Below the pieces are notes generated by a model. The model worked only from the letters and a program-made list of their open reading frames with translations. It did not search any database and was not told the DNA's origin. Made by a program: the position numbers and the translations under genes. From positions 359,290,001-359,354,000 of the forward strand of contig OZ024741.1 in the NCBI GenBank assembly GCA_964016885.1: a stretch of DNA of 64,000 nt, written 5' to 3'. Of this stretch, positions 1-11,394 are shown piece by piece. How positions within the stretch are numbered: the stretch's first letter is position 1; the number at the start of each line of letters is the position of its first letter. The stretch comes from Eledone cirrhosa. Its lineage: Eukaryota.

Positions 1-89
1 CAAACATTTTAAAATAAACAGCTTTATATCATAGAACTAGGGATAATTTCAGGCAGTTTGGTATCAAAAGGGTAAATGAATTGCTTTAA

Positions 90-268
90 CCCTTTAGCAT
101 TTAAATCCGCCATATCCAGCCAGAAATTTCTCACATCTTTCTGTTCAAACCTGCTGTAACCAGCCACTCATACCGATGTTAAGGTATTGTTCTCAAAATA
201 AATAATATCAAAAATAAATAATATCAAAAATACAATACTAAATATAGAGTAATGTAAATGCTAAAGGT
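90..268. mobile_element. TTAA-flanked MITE, family 1 (piggyBac-type termini)
   Basis: TTAA at 86-89 and 269-272; termini CCCTTTAGCATTT / AAATGCTAAAGGT; further copies at 34992-35211 and 56307-56522. Confidence 0.8.
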
Positions 269-342
269 TTAAGGACCTTACATACAAATTACTTCCAAGT
301 TAAATCTGCATCTTAATGTTATTTTGTTTGTCTTCATTTCAG

Positions 343-525
343 TCACAATACTTTAGTAAGTTCCAATGAAATGTTTGTGCACCTCTTATTATCTCGGACT
401 GATGTCGGACATTTGCAGTATGTTGATTTAGAGTATGATGAAACAGATAACCTTATTGGTGTCATATTTTCTAATGACTGGAAACTGGAGAGTTTTAAAC
501 TATTCCAAGGTCATAATGAGGAAAA
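343..525 (+). CDS. Lipase paralog A, penultimate exon (PLAT domain)
   Basis: ttcag acceptor, gtgag donor; reads HNTLVSSNEMFVHLLLSRTDVGHLQYVDLEYDETDNLIGVIFSNDWKLESFKLFQGHNEE; same length (183 nt) and phase as exon 44652-44834, with shared motif D-I/V-G-x-L-Q-Y...DW. Confidence 0.85.
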
Positions 526-651
526 GTGAGTTACATTTCTTTTTTTAAATCATCATCATTATTTCAAGTCTATTCTTAGGGGTTCTGAATTAATAATGCC
601 TTGGTACATGTTCCAGCTCTCTGAATACTAAGTTCAAATCCCACCTCAGTC

Positions 652-697
<46 letters not shown>

Positions 698-1005
698 AAG
701 AAATCAACTGTGTTCTGACTTGGAGAGGGATGGGATCTGCCAAGTTTAAGATGCCCAAGCAACACCCTTATGACACAAGCAAGAGTTAAGGACCCTGTTT
801 TTTTATCTATGCTGACATGACTTGGACAAGTCATCACAATCCAAGACAAGATGGGTTCAAGGGCCATGTGTTGCTCATACTTTCCATTTTTTGACGTGGT
901 TTCTAATGAATTATATGAGAGTTAACAATAATGATGAAAAGGTTGATTCTTTAAAAATGATAGTCAAAGCATATATTTCATATACATGTTATGAATCTAT
1001 TGCAG

Positions 1006-1084
1006 CTCCACATTTTGTGTAAAGAATACAATAATAACATCAAGAAAGAGTAAAAGATTCCAAGTCTCTACACAGTGTCCCTGA
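1006..1084 (+). CDS. Lipase paralog A, last coding exon
   Basis: tgcag acceptor; STFCVKNTIITSRKSKRFQVSTQCP-TGA; 79 nt, the same length as and homologous to exon 46672-46750; AATAAA at 1185-1190. Confidence 0.85.
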
Positions 1085-1272
1085 TGAATTTCTCCACAAG
1101 AAGGACTTTTAAAGAAATATCCATAAAAAAAAAAAATCTCCTTTGCTGTTTCGAATAGGAAATTAAAAAACACAAAAACAAACTAATAAACTGAAATATA
1201 TGTTTCAAAATAAAAAATATATAAAATATGAATTTAGTATGTTTTTATTTAATTTTTGTTGTTGGTTCTTAA

Positions 1273-1523
1273 TTCTTTTGACACCAAACTACCTAGTTCT
1301 AAGATACAAAACTTTTTATTTTAAAGTGTTTATATTTATCTAAAACCCTTCCAACATAATTCTGTATAAGAACCTTAGTTAAGTTATGTTCCAAACACCA
1401 ACTTAATATTATAAGAAACTTAATTATATAACTAAATTGTAATTAATTGTAATTATATAACTTCAAATTGCTAATTGAAAACCATAGGCAGTGTTGTTCA
1501 TTAGAAATATGGTAACGAAAGAG
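1273..1523. mobile_element. TTAA-flanked MITE, family 2
   Basis: TTAA-(C/T)CCTTTTGA...CGAAAGAG-TTAA; related copies near 1-75, 27556-27780, 39459-39917 and 56170-56550. Confidence 0.65.
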
Positions 1524-1839
1524 TTAAAGTATTAATATTTATCTTAAAACCTTCCATCACAACTTTCGTAAGTTATGTTTCAAACAACTGCGTAATAGTG
1601 AGGAAAATAATTATATAACTAAATCCTCTAAAATTCTTGATTATTTTCAAAATCATATTAGTTTCTTTTTCTATTATTTTTTATATATATAGTGTCTCTC
1701 ATTAAAAATATAGTAACAAAAAGCTTACATCTTCCATTGTATAAAATCTTGGCCTGTTAGGAAGCAGCAGAACAAAATTCCAGAAGCTCACTATCAGACT
1801 GGACAAAGTATCAGGAGTAAACATAATAGAGATCAGCTC

Positions 1840-2470
1840 AGAAAAGTTCAAGATTCTCGTTGATAGTCATAACCAGAATACAGCAACCAACATCATGCTG
1901 AATGGAGGAAGGCTTGAAGAAGTGAACACCTTCAATTACCTAGAATCCAACCAAGGACAGCTGATCTAAGCAAGAGATAATGCAAGACTTCATATAGAAA
2001 AGCAACTCCGTTAGTTTTCCAATGTGGGTCAAATTGTACAAGTCCTTGTTGACTTTGATCCTTCTGTATGGGTGTGAGAGCTGGACTTTTACAACTGACA
2101 TGGAATGAAGAATCCAGGCATTTGAGCACATGTGCTTCAGAAAGTTGCTACACATCTCTTACACAGAGCACAAAACAAAGAGCTTTGTCAAGCAGCAAGT
2201 CAACAAATATGCTTGCAGAGAGGAACACCTCCCTGTGATGGTGATAAGATGGGATCTTGCTTAGTATGGTCATACATCCTGCCACAACTCTCTGTCTAAA
2301 ACCATCCTTCAGAACACAGTCAAAGGAGGCAAAAAAGATCCTCACCCGACATCATAATAGACTGAAATGGCCACAACACTGCAATCCTTCTATGCATGAT
2401 GAAGAATAGAGGCCAGTGACGACTGCTGACAATGAAAGCATCAAGTGTGGCCTCCCAATGACTGGCTACA
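1840..2470 (+). mobile_element. Degenerate RTE-type LINE 3' fragment
   Basis: Remnants of LEEVNTFNYL, KLYKSLL.LILLYGCESWT, IQAFEHMCFRKLLHISY; frameshifts. Confidence 0.7.
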
Positions 2471-3585
2471 GTAACATGATTGATTGATTATATGGTTCCA
2501 CAAGAAAATGAAAATACTGGTGCAGACTCAGAATAGTCAAATGCTTAAGAAGTTTGCTTCACAATCCCAGGTTTGGTACCATTGTGGTGCATCTTGGCCA
2601 AGTAAAATTTACTACAGCTTCAGGTCAGTCCAAGCCTTGAGAATAAAATTTGGTAGGCAAAACTGTATGGAAACCCATTAGATAAACTGTGATTTAAAGG
2701 GCTAGCTTTGTCACACAATCTGTGACATTAAACCTCCTTGAAAATTATGTCTGGGAGCCCCCGTGAGGTTGGGTGGCTGTTGCAGTGGGTATCACTGGCC
2801 ATCGCCTGGGGAAATGATTTTGGTGTCTTGTCGGCAGAGCAAAGCACTTCTGCCCTAGGCCCAAAGCTCAATCACCCTCCCCCTTCACCCCTCCCCTCTC
2901 TTCTGTGACACCGGAGCTCTTGCCATCCTCTCCCCTTCCCATTCTTTTGCTTCTTTCTTTCTCTCATTTTTTTTTTACTATATTTCCCTATTCTTTCTTT
3001 CCTTTTGTTGCACCCTCCCCTCTTTTTTTTACTATCTCTATATTGAAAATAAACTTTTCATTAAATTTATTTATTTCTGTGAAATGCTCAGTCATTTACA
3101 TGTTAATTCCATAAGCAGGCTGTATTGTTTATCAAACAACCAGGATACTCATCTGGTGGGTCAATCCAGTAATACTGGGAAACTGATGTTGAATTGAGTT
3201 GATGAAAAGTAGTAAATAAAAATGTCTACAAGAAAGACATGAAACTGTGCAACAGCAATGTCACCACCTGGGAACAATGCGCAGGTGACCATACAGCTTG
3301 TCACCTCAATGTCAGAAAGGGTGTACAGACAACAGAGCAGACAGGGAACAGGGACCTTGCTGACAAAAGAGTGAGAAGGATGAGCCAATGAGAGCCTCAA
3401 CAGGTATCATCATTTATCTGCAACAATGCAGTAGAGACTGTCATCTGTGTATTGAACAGTCCAGACACTCGCAAAGGTGCAGATGAATACATCTCTGGAC
3501 ACTACATCATCATCTCTCGTAGACAGATGGATATCAGTCAGCCATTTATAGGGCATTATTAAGAGACTGTTATTACATAGAGCAT

Positions 3586-4820
3586 TGTACGGCCCTTGCC
3601 ATTCTGAGTTCAAATCCCGCCGAGGTTAACTTTGCCTTTCATCCTTACGGGGTCGATAAAATAAAGTACCAGTAATACACTGGTTGATTGCTGGCCTTGT
3701 GCCTAACGTAGAAACAGTTATTACATAGAGCATTATTATACAGTGATATTTATATAGATCATTATTATGTAGCGTGTTATAAAGAGCATTATTATGTTGT
3801 TATTACTGGTACTTTATTTTATCGACCCCGTAAGGATGAAAGGCAAAGTCAACCTCGGCAGGATTTGAACTCAGACTGTAAAGGAACAGAGTTCAAATCT
3901 TGCCGCCGAGATTAACTTTGCTTTTCATCCTTACGGGGTCAATAAAATAAAGTACCAGTAATGCACTGGGATAATTGCTGGCTTTGTGCCGAAAGTAGAA
4001 ACAATTATATACACCATTATTATACAGTGATATTTATATAGATCATTATTATATAGAACATTATTATGTGTTATTATAAAGTGATATTTATATAGATCAA
4101 TAACGCCCTATATAATAATTGTTTCTACTTTAGGCACAAGGCCAGCAATTATCCCAGTGCATTACTGGTACTTTATTTTATCGACCCCGTAAGGATGAAA
4201 GGCAAAGTTAACCTCGGCGGCAAGATTTGAACTCCGTCCCTTTACGGTCTGAGTTCAAATCCTGCCGAGGTTAACTTTGCCTTTCATCCTTACGGGGTCG
4301 ATAAAAGTAGAAACAATTATATAGTGTTTTATTATACAGTGATATTTATATAGATCATTATGTAGAGCGTTATAAAGAGTATTATTATATAGAACGTTAT
4401 TATATAGTGTTATTCTATAGAGCATTGTGGATTGGCAGTATCAGTAGAGAGTCGGACACCATGCTTTGATGCATGCCATTCTGAGTTCAAATCCCGCCGA
4501 GGTTAACTTCGCCTTTCATCCTTACGGGGTCGATAAAATAAAGTACCAGTAATACACTGGGTAATTGCTGGCCTTGTGCCCAAAGTAGAAACAATTATTA
4601 TACAGTGATAGGGTGGTGGGTTGGCAAAATTGGTAGAGCATTGGACAATATAGTTATGGCTCTTTAGGTTCTGAGTTCAAATCCTGCCAAGGTCAGCTTT
4701 GATTTTCATCTTTCCAGAGTCAATAAAATAAAGTACCAGTTACACACTGGAGTCAGTATAATGGACTCCCCCCCCCCCCAGCATTGTTGGCCTTGTGCCT
4801 ATATCAGAAACCATTATCAT
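3586..4820. repeat. Cluster of about 7 tRNA-derived SINE copies (Meta-like central domain) in alternating orientation
   Basis: Repeated GAGTTCAAATCCCGCCGAGGTTAACTTTGCCTTTCATCCTTACGGGGTCGATAAAATAAAGTACCAG on both strands, separated by related AT-rich spacers. Confidence 0.85.
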
Positions 4821-6503
4821 ACAGTGATATAGACCATTATTATGTAGAGTGTTATTATATAAAACAAAGGTTCTCAATGGGAGGCATATGATGATGATGA
4901 TAAAATAATACCCTTAGTGATTGTTATTACAGTTCACTCCTATGTAGCTTTAACTGGCCACCTATGAGGCTACATCTCATAGGAAGTTTCTCATGTGTTT
5001 TAATAATAAGTTACTAGTCTCTTGTAGGAATTAACCCCCAGCTGCTTGCACTTGTTTGTTTTTTTGTTTTCAGCTAAGTGGATTGGAGCAATGGGAAATA
5101 AAGCATCCTGCTCAAGGTCACAAAAAATTGTCCAGTCCAGAAATTGAACTCAACCTTATGATAAAAAACATTATTATCATAATCATTAATTCTGACAAAG
5201 AAAAGCAAGGGAAACAACTTCAGACAGGCATTTTAAGGCCATCTTCCATATTAAAGCAGGGTTTAGTCATACAGTCTCCATGATAGGTTTAATTATACTC
5301 ACCAGGGTCCTTTTCGAGACTGTATGTTTTACAGCCAAATGTCTTTCTTGCGTATCTATGCTAAACATGATTCACACATGGAAGACAACCTCAGAACTTA
5401 AATTAATGAAAAGTATATCTGATAATGGGGACAACTCTGGGCATGTTTCAATGTTAATAGAACTCATCAGCAAGGTATAGTGTAATCGTATTTTCAGATA
5501 TAAGTGGTTTGGGATGATTGGCTTTGCAAAAAAATGGTATCTGTGTCATAGTTAAGAAGCGTTATCACCACAAAGTTATTAACATTTGATGGATTGGCAG
5601 TATCGATAGAGCATCGGACACTCTGCTTCACAGCATAGAGTTACAGCCCTTCAATTCCCACCAAGGTTAGCTTGCCTTTCATTCTCACAGGGTCGATAAA
5701 ATACAGTAGCAGTCACGTACTGGGGTCAATTTAATTGACTTTCCTCTCCCCCAAAATTGCTGGCCTTGTGCCTCAATCAGAAACCATTATTAAACAGTAA
5801 CTATTAATAAACTAATTAGTTGTTATTGTTTAGCCCCAGGTAAGTTCTGATTTATTATCATCATTAACATTTTTCAACTGCAGCAGCAGACAACTGCACT
5901 CCTCCTCCACCCATGATTATGAAAGCTGTTGTGAGGTTTCATGATCAGCTGATTAGCCTTGGTCATTAATGGGGTTTTAATTCCTAGGCAGAACATGAAC
6001 TCAGAGCACCAGATGCCAGAACAGATACCGCAAAGAATCTCATCCAATACATTTACAATCCCACCAATCCACTGCTCTGGACTGGTACTATTTTATTGAC
6101 CCTGAATGGATAGAAGGCAGAGTTGATTTTTGGCAGGATTTTAACTCAAAGCATAGAGAGCTACAACTAATACCTCAAGGCATCACATCCAATGTTCTAA
6201 CAATTCTGCAAATCCCTCATAATAGACTAGTACTTTATTTTATTGATCATGAATGGATGAATTGCAGGGTTGATCTCTGTGGGATTTGAACCTAATATGA
6301 CTGTAAAATTGCCTCCTGTGTGTGTTTTATTTGTTTCTTTTATTAACTATATAGATATAGTTGTTATATAGTAAGGTGTATTATTGGTTGTGTTATACGG
6401 TCCAATAAACTTTTGTTAGCAATATTAAGTTCTCCACACTTTTGTATATCTCCAATTCCATTTATGGGAACAGCTAGATGATGTAAACCGGAGTATTTGT
6501 ATC

Positions 6504-6857
6504 AAAATAAAGATCCGAAGGCATGGTATAAATTTCCAATCATTTTAATCACGACATGTTTCAATAAGAGATAGATCGATCGTGTGGCCATGATCGATTA
6601 TCACTGATCTTGTCAGGTGAAAATGAATTGTCTTCAAATCCTTGATATGAGGGAGAAAATTTATGGGGGACAAAACTCTAGTGAGTGAACATCGTTAAAT
6701 TTTCTCCCTCATATCAAGGATTTGAAGACAATTCATTTTCATCTGACGAGATCAGTGATAATCGATCATGGCCACACGATCGATCTATCTCTTATTGAAA
6801 CATGTGTCGTGATTAAAATGATTGGAAATTTATACCATGCCTTCGGATCTTTATTTT
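6504..6857. repeat. 160-bp inverted repeat (Penelope pLTR-like) carrying hammerhead cores
   Basis: Arms 6504-6663 and 6696-6857 are near-perfect reverse complements with a 32-nt spacer. Confidence 0.9.
6737..6814 (+). ncRNA. Candidate type-I hammerhead ribozyme with extended stem II
   Basis: CUGACGA at 6743-6749; about 47-nt stem II closed by GAU/AUU; GAAA at 6797-6800; CAUGUGUC stem III and cleavage triplet; UCAU/GUGA stem I. Confidence 0.6.
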
Positions 6858-6894
6858 AATATATATAGATATAGATATATGTATGTATGTATAT

Positions 6895-7464
6895 ATAACA
6901 TGCATCCCAGTACAACCTGTCTCATGGTCGGGTCGTTGGCGACTAAACTGGCAACCCCACCAAGGTGTCTTGGAGAGGAGGGTGACTTTGGACATCCTGC
7001 AGGACTAAAAACAAAACCTGTCAAAGGGCAAAGGAGCTCTTAAGAGTCAATGGCCATCCAAAATCACTGGGAGAGATGACCTCCCTTAGCCTTTTCTAGG
7101 AGAAGGAAAACTCTGATATAACACCTGCAACCCTGATGGTATCCAATGATGTTGACTTATTCTTCTTTTTGGTAAATATCATCTTGGTTAAGAGAGTGGG
7201 ACTGGCTTTGTGCAGCGCCTTTGCTCACTATAAAAGCTTCACGGCACAGGCATTGCTTTATATCTGGAGATCTCCCTGCACTTGTCGTCACATGGTACCA
7301 TGGGCCCAGCACTATGTGTCAATAATTGTCACAAGTGTAGTGTTTGTACCAGAGTTTTCAAGTCGCTGGCTGGACTAAAAAGTCACACTCGTTCAGCGCA
7401 TCGGTAGGGGTTCTCCTACATGGATATAAAGTAGTGGCTGTACGCGAAAACGAGTTGGCAGCCA

Positions 7465-7467
<3 letters not shown>
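6895..7467 (+). mobile_element. About 570-bp non-autonomous RTE-derived retroelement ending in C2H2-finger codons
   Basis: Near-identical copies on - at 32966-33375 and 33425-34000; 7336-7407 reads [23 protein letters not shown]; embedded in (TA)n. Confidence 0.7.
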
Positions 7468-7528
<61 letters not shown>

Positions 7529-7552
7529 ATATATATATATGTATGTATGTAT

Positions 7553-7583
<31 letters not shown>

Positions 7584-7948
7584 AAAAACATGAGAAGAAA
7601 GAGGAATACTGTGCGGTTGCACATGGGTTACATATTATAAAATTAGTCTCTCGTCAGTGATTTGCCAACCATCATTGGTATTTCATCGCATTAAAAATCA
7701 TATACCTCAGGTTGGTGCGAGCAATAACTAAAAGAAGGTATTGGGACAAGTGAGTCGCGTAAAGCGAGTGAGACAAGTAAACAACATAGAAGGATAAAAG
7801 CAAACCGAAGATAGGAAAAAAACAAGCAACATGGTTATCCGGTCAGCATAAGCTGGGTGAATTTCATGAGCGTTCAGAATACAGACCGTCCGACGTGAGT
7901 GAGATGTGAGAAAGAAAGAAAGAACCCCACTACCAACGAAACGGGAGG

Positions 7949-7982
<34 letters not shown>

Positions 7983-8007
7983 GTATGTATATATATGTAT
8001 ATATATA

Positions 8008-8352
8008 TGGAGGCACATAGCTTAGTGGTTAGAGCATTGGCCTTGCAATCAAAAGGTTGTAAGTTCAATTCTCAAACCGGGTGATGTGTTGTTTCCTTGA
8101 GCAAGACACTTTATTTCACATTGCTCCAGTTTACTCAGCTGTAGAAATGAGATGATAGGGACTGGGGTCCATATTATTCCACTGCAAAGTGGTCGTGGAG
8201 GTGCCACGGCAAAACAGCACCCAGCACTCACTGTAAATGAGGTTGGTGTTAGGAAGGGCATCCAGCTGTAGAAATCAAGCCAGAATCAGTTCCCGTCCCA
8301 CCCTTGCAAGCAGGGAAAAGCGGACGTAAAATGATGATGATGATGATGATGA
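8008..8352 (+). mobile_element. tRNA-derived SINE (CORE-like body, RTE-like tail, (GAT)n end)
   Basis: A box TAGCTTAGTGG, B box GTTCAATTC; copies at 19672-20015(-), 30555-30871(-), 54251-54558(+) and 63839-64000(+). Confidence 0.85.
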
Positions 8353-8894
8353 CATATATATAAACAACTGCCATCAAGTCGGCTGCTCCCAAATCAAATT
8401 GATCCTCTATTTTCTATTTTTCTTTTTTTCTTTTTTCTATTTTCTATTCTCTATTTGGGTTCAATGTAATCAATCCTGTTTCATAATTTTGCAAATAACC
8501 CCTGATGAAATCATTTAGTCTTGCATCATAATTGGATGATAAGGCTGGGCCATTGAAATATGTACTGTGCTTTCTCGGATTTAAAATTCTTAAATAAATT
8601 TTCCAGTTCAGCCTTCTGTTGCTGTTTTAGTGAATACGTAACTCTGTTCCTGCACCAGTCACAGGATACCACATCTACGAAGGGGTATTTGAATAGCATT
8701 GAGTGCTTTAATTAATTTGTTGCATCATTGTTTACCAGCCCAACCACCGGTTCTACCCATTGGTAAACAGCTGAACATAAATGGTATATATATATGGAAG
8801 AAATTGTGGACAACACGTACTTCACCTTCCACCACCACACATACAGACAGACATCACTTATATGAACCAGCTGGAATGCCGAGCCCTCAACATT

Positions 8895-10316
8895 CCTATA
8901 CCTTCTTCACCCGATATGTAGATGACATACTCATCCTTACATCATCCCGTGAAGAAGCGGATAAAATATACATGATATTCTCCAGCATGGATGCCAATAT
9001 AAAGTTCAGCATGGAACACCCTGATGACCGCGGATCCCTATCCCTATTGGACTTCCAGCTCAAGGTAACAGAGGAAGGTGACATCCACACCTGCTTCTAT
9101 AAAAAAGCCGCCAGCAGGGACCTGTTCGTACATTTCAGATCAGCCCTCCCAGCCAGCGCTAAGTTCGGATACATAAGGAACGAACTAACACGTATCCAGA
9201 ACAAATGCACCGATGCAAGAGACCGGGAGACACACACCACACATTTCCTGGAAGTACTCAAACTGAACGGATACCCGACGTCCACCGCGAACCGTGCCAG
9301 AAACAACAGAGGACACCACACCTGAGGCACTAACACCTGCTTCCTGAAACTTCCACACTTCAGTGACGAAACAACAACAGCCATCCGCAGAACTATCAGA
9401 CGAGAGGGACTAGATATCCAGCTAGCCCACTCAGGACCTTCTCTACGGGGACAGCTAACCAAAAAACACTCCACCAGACATGACAGCCGCTGCAGGCTAG
9501 CCAACTGCCCCATCGACGACACAGACCTATGCCACCAGGCTTATGTCGTATACAGATTAGAGTGCGACAAATGCAGCAATTTCTACATAGGTAGCACCAC
9601 CAGACCACTTCACATTAGAATAAAAGAAGACCTCAACACTAACACTTCCTCATTTAAGAAACACCTAGTGAAATGCAAAAACACCAACAAAAACATAATA
9701 GTTAGGATAGAAGCTAAGGAAAGAAACCTCGGCAATCTTAGAATTAAAGAAGTACTGATTATAGACAAAACACAACCACCTATCAATAACAGACTAGAAC
9801 TCAACACCCAATTTTTAACATGATAGAGCACCTAGCCCACACTTACACCTCCACTTACCATCTGACACACACACACACATGCATGCTTACACCTTCACTT
9901 ATTCTCTCTCACACACACACATAGACCAGTTTTAACATGATAGATCATCTAGCCCCCACATTTACATATAAACATGTCCTCTCACACTCACACACACATG
10001 CATGCTTACACCTTCACGTATTCTCCCACACACACTTAGACATACATGTCCAAACCCTTTTAAAGGGAGACAACCCTTTATCCACCTAACCTTCACTCTT
10101 TGACATTAGAAATAGAATAGAATTTCTTTACTATTTCCTGTCAGCATGACTTGGCAAGCTAATTAGAACACTGGATTAACCCCTTTACTTCCCTCTGAAG
10201 AAGAGATATTATCTCGAAAATTAAGGATATTCAAATAAATTTAAGGTAATATCTTTTGCATTTGTATTTATATTCTATATCCATACCTCCATTGTTCTGG
10301 CCTTCTAACTCCAAAC

Positions 10317-10320
<4 letters not shown>
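8895..10320 (+). mobile_element. 5'-truncated Penelope-like element (RT C-terminal half + GIY-YIG endonuclease + 3' UTR)
   Basis: RYVDD, SLSLLD, FYKK...VHFRSALP; the same frame continues past one TGA (9323-9325) to VYRLECDKCSNFYIGSTTRPLHIRIKE and stops at 9823; ends in (TA)n. Confidence 0.9.
10192..10226 (+). ncRNA. Candidate minimal hammerhead in the Penelope 3' UTR
   Basis: CCU-CUGAAGA-A-GAGAU(AUU)AUCUC-GAAA-AUUA-AGG; palindromic AAUU stem III. Confidence 0.5.
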
Positions 10321-10346
<26 letters not shown>

Positions 10347-10354
<8 letters not shown>

Positions 10355-11026
10355 TAAAATAACAGATTAAAGTTTAAGCAAAGAATCGCTGCTTTCACCT
10401 TTAACGGGATCTTCTGAAACTAAAAAAAATCAATCTGTGAACGCAGAAGTAAATATTTCGAAAAAAAAAAAAGAAGATAATACGTCATTATTTGGAGCGG
10501 TGAAAACAATTACATGCAAAGACAAAACCACGTTTATGTATAAATGAAGTCGTAGACTAATATTCTATTAGGTGGTTCGTGGACCCTGGCAATGAACGGA
10601 AAAAACAAAGATAATACGTCATTATGTGGATCGATGAGAACAATTAAACGCAAAGACAAAACCACGTTTATGGTATAACTGAAGTCGTAGACTAAAATTC
10701 TATTTAGGAAACCAAATGATTCTCGGCTTCAGAGTTAAGAATATTAGTCTACGACTTCATTTATACCATAAACGTGGTTTTGTCTTTGCGTGTAATTGTT
10801 TTCACCGCTCCAAATAATGACGTATTATCTTCGTTTTTTTCCGTTCTTTGCCAGGGACCGTTTCCACGAACCAAAGTATCGTTTTCCTGTCTTCCTTCGG
10901 TTGCAATGTTTTTCGAAATATTTACTTCTGCGTTCACAGATTGAATTTTTTAGTTTCAAAAGATCCCGCTAAGGGTGAAAGCAGCGATTCTTTGCTTAAA
11001 CTTTAATCTGTTATTTTAATAAATAT
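10347..11026. repeat. Complex inverted repeat between (TA)n tracts (pLTR-like)
   Basis: About 120-bp terminal arms inverted; an internal unit of about 95 bp occurs twice direct (near 10475 and 10608) and once inverted (near 10737-10832). Confidence 0.85.
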
Positions 11027-11106
11027 TTGCTCTACGGTTCTTATATATTTGATATATATTTATCCTTATCGAGCCCTCTTTGGATTTTAATTTTCAAATT
11101 TATTAT

Positions 11107-11174
<68 letters not shown>

Positions 11175-11179
11175 GTATA

Positions 11180-11269
<90 letters not shown>

Positions 11270-11394
11270 TAAAAAAATAATGAATAAAACAATGAAACAG
11301 TTCCTTATATTAAACAAAAAAAGTTCATTATTTAACGATCGTTTCTAGGATATATATGTGTTAGAATTGGTAGATTCTACTCTTGGTAGATTTA

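Noticed and set aside
5498-5555. Candidate last exon of lipase A after ttttcag
   Set aside because: No homology; 1006-1084 matches the paralog exactly in size and motif.
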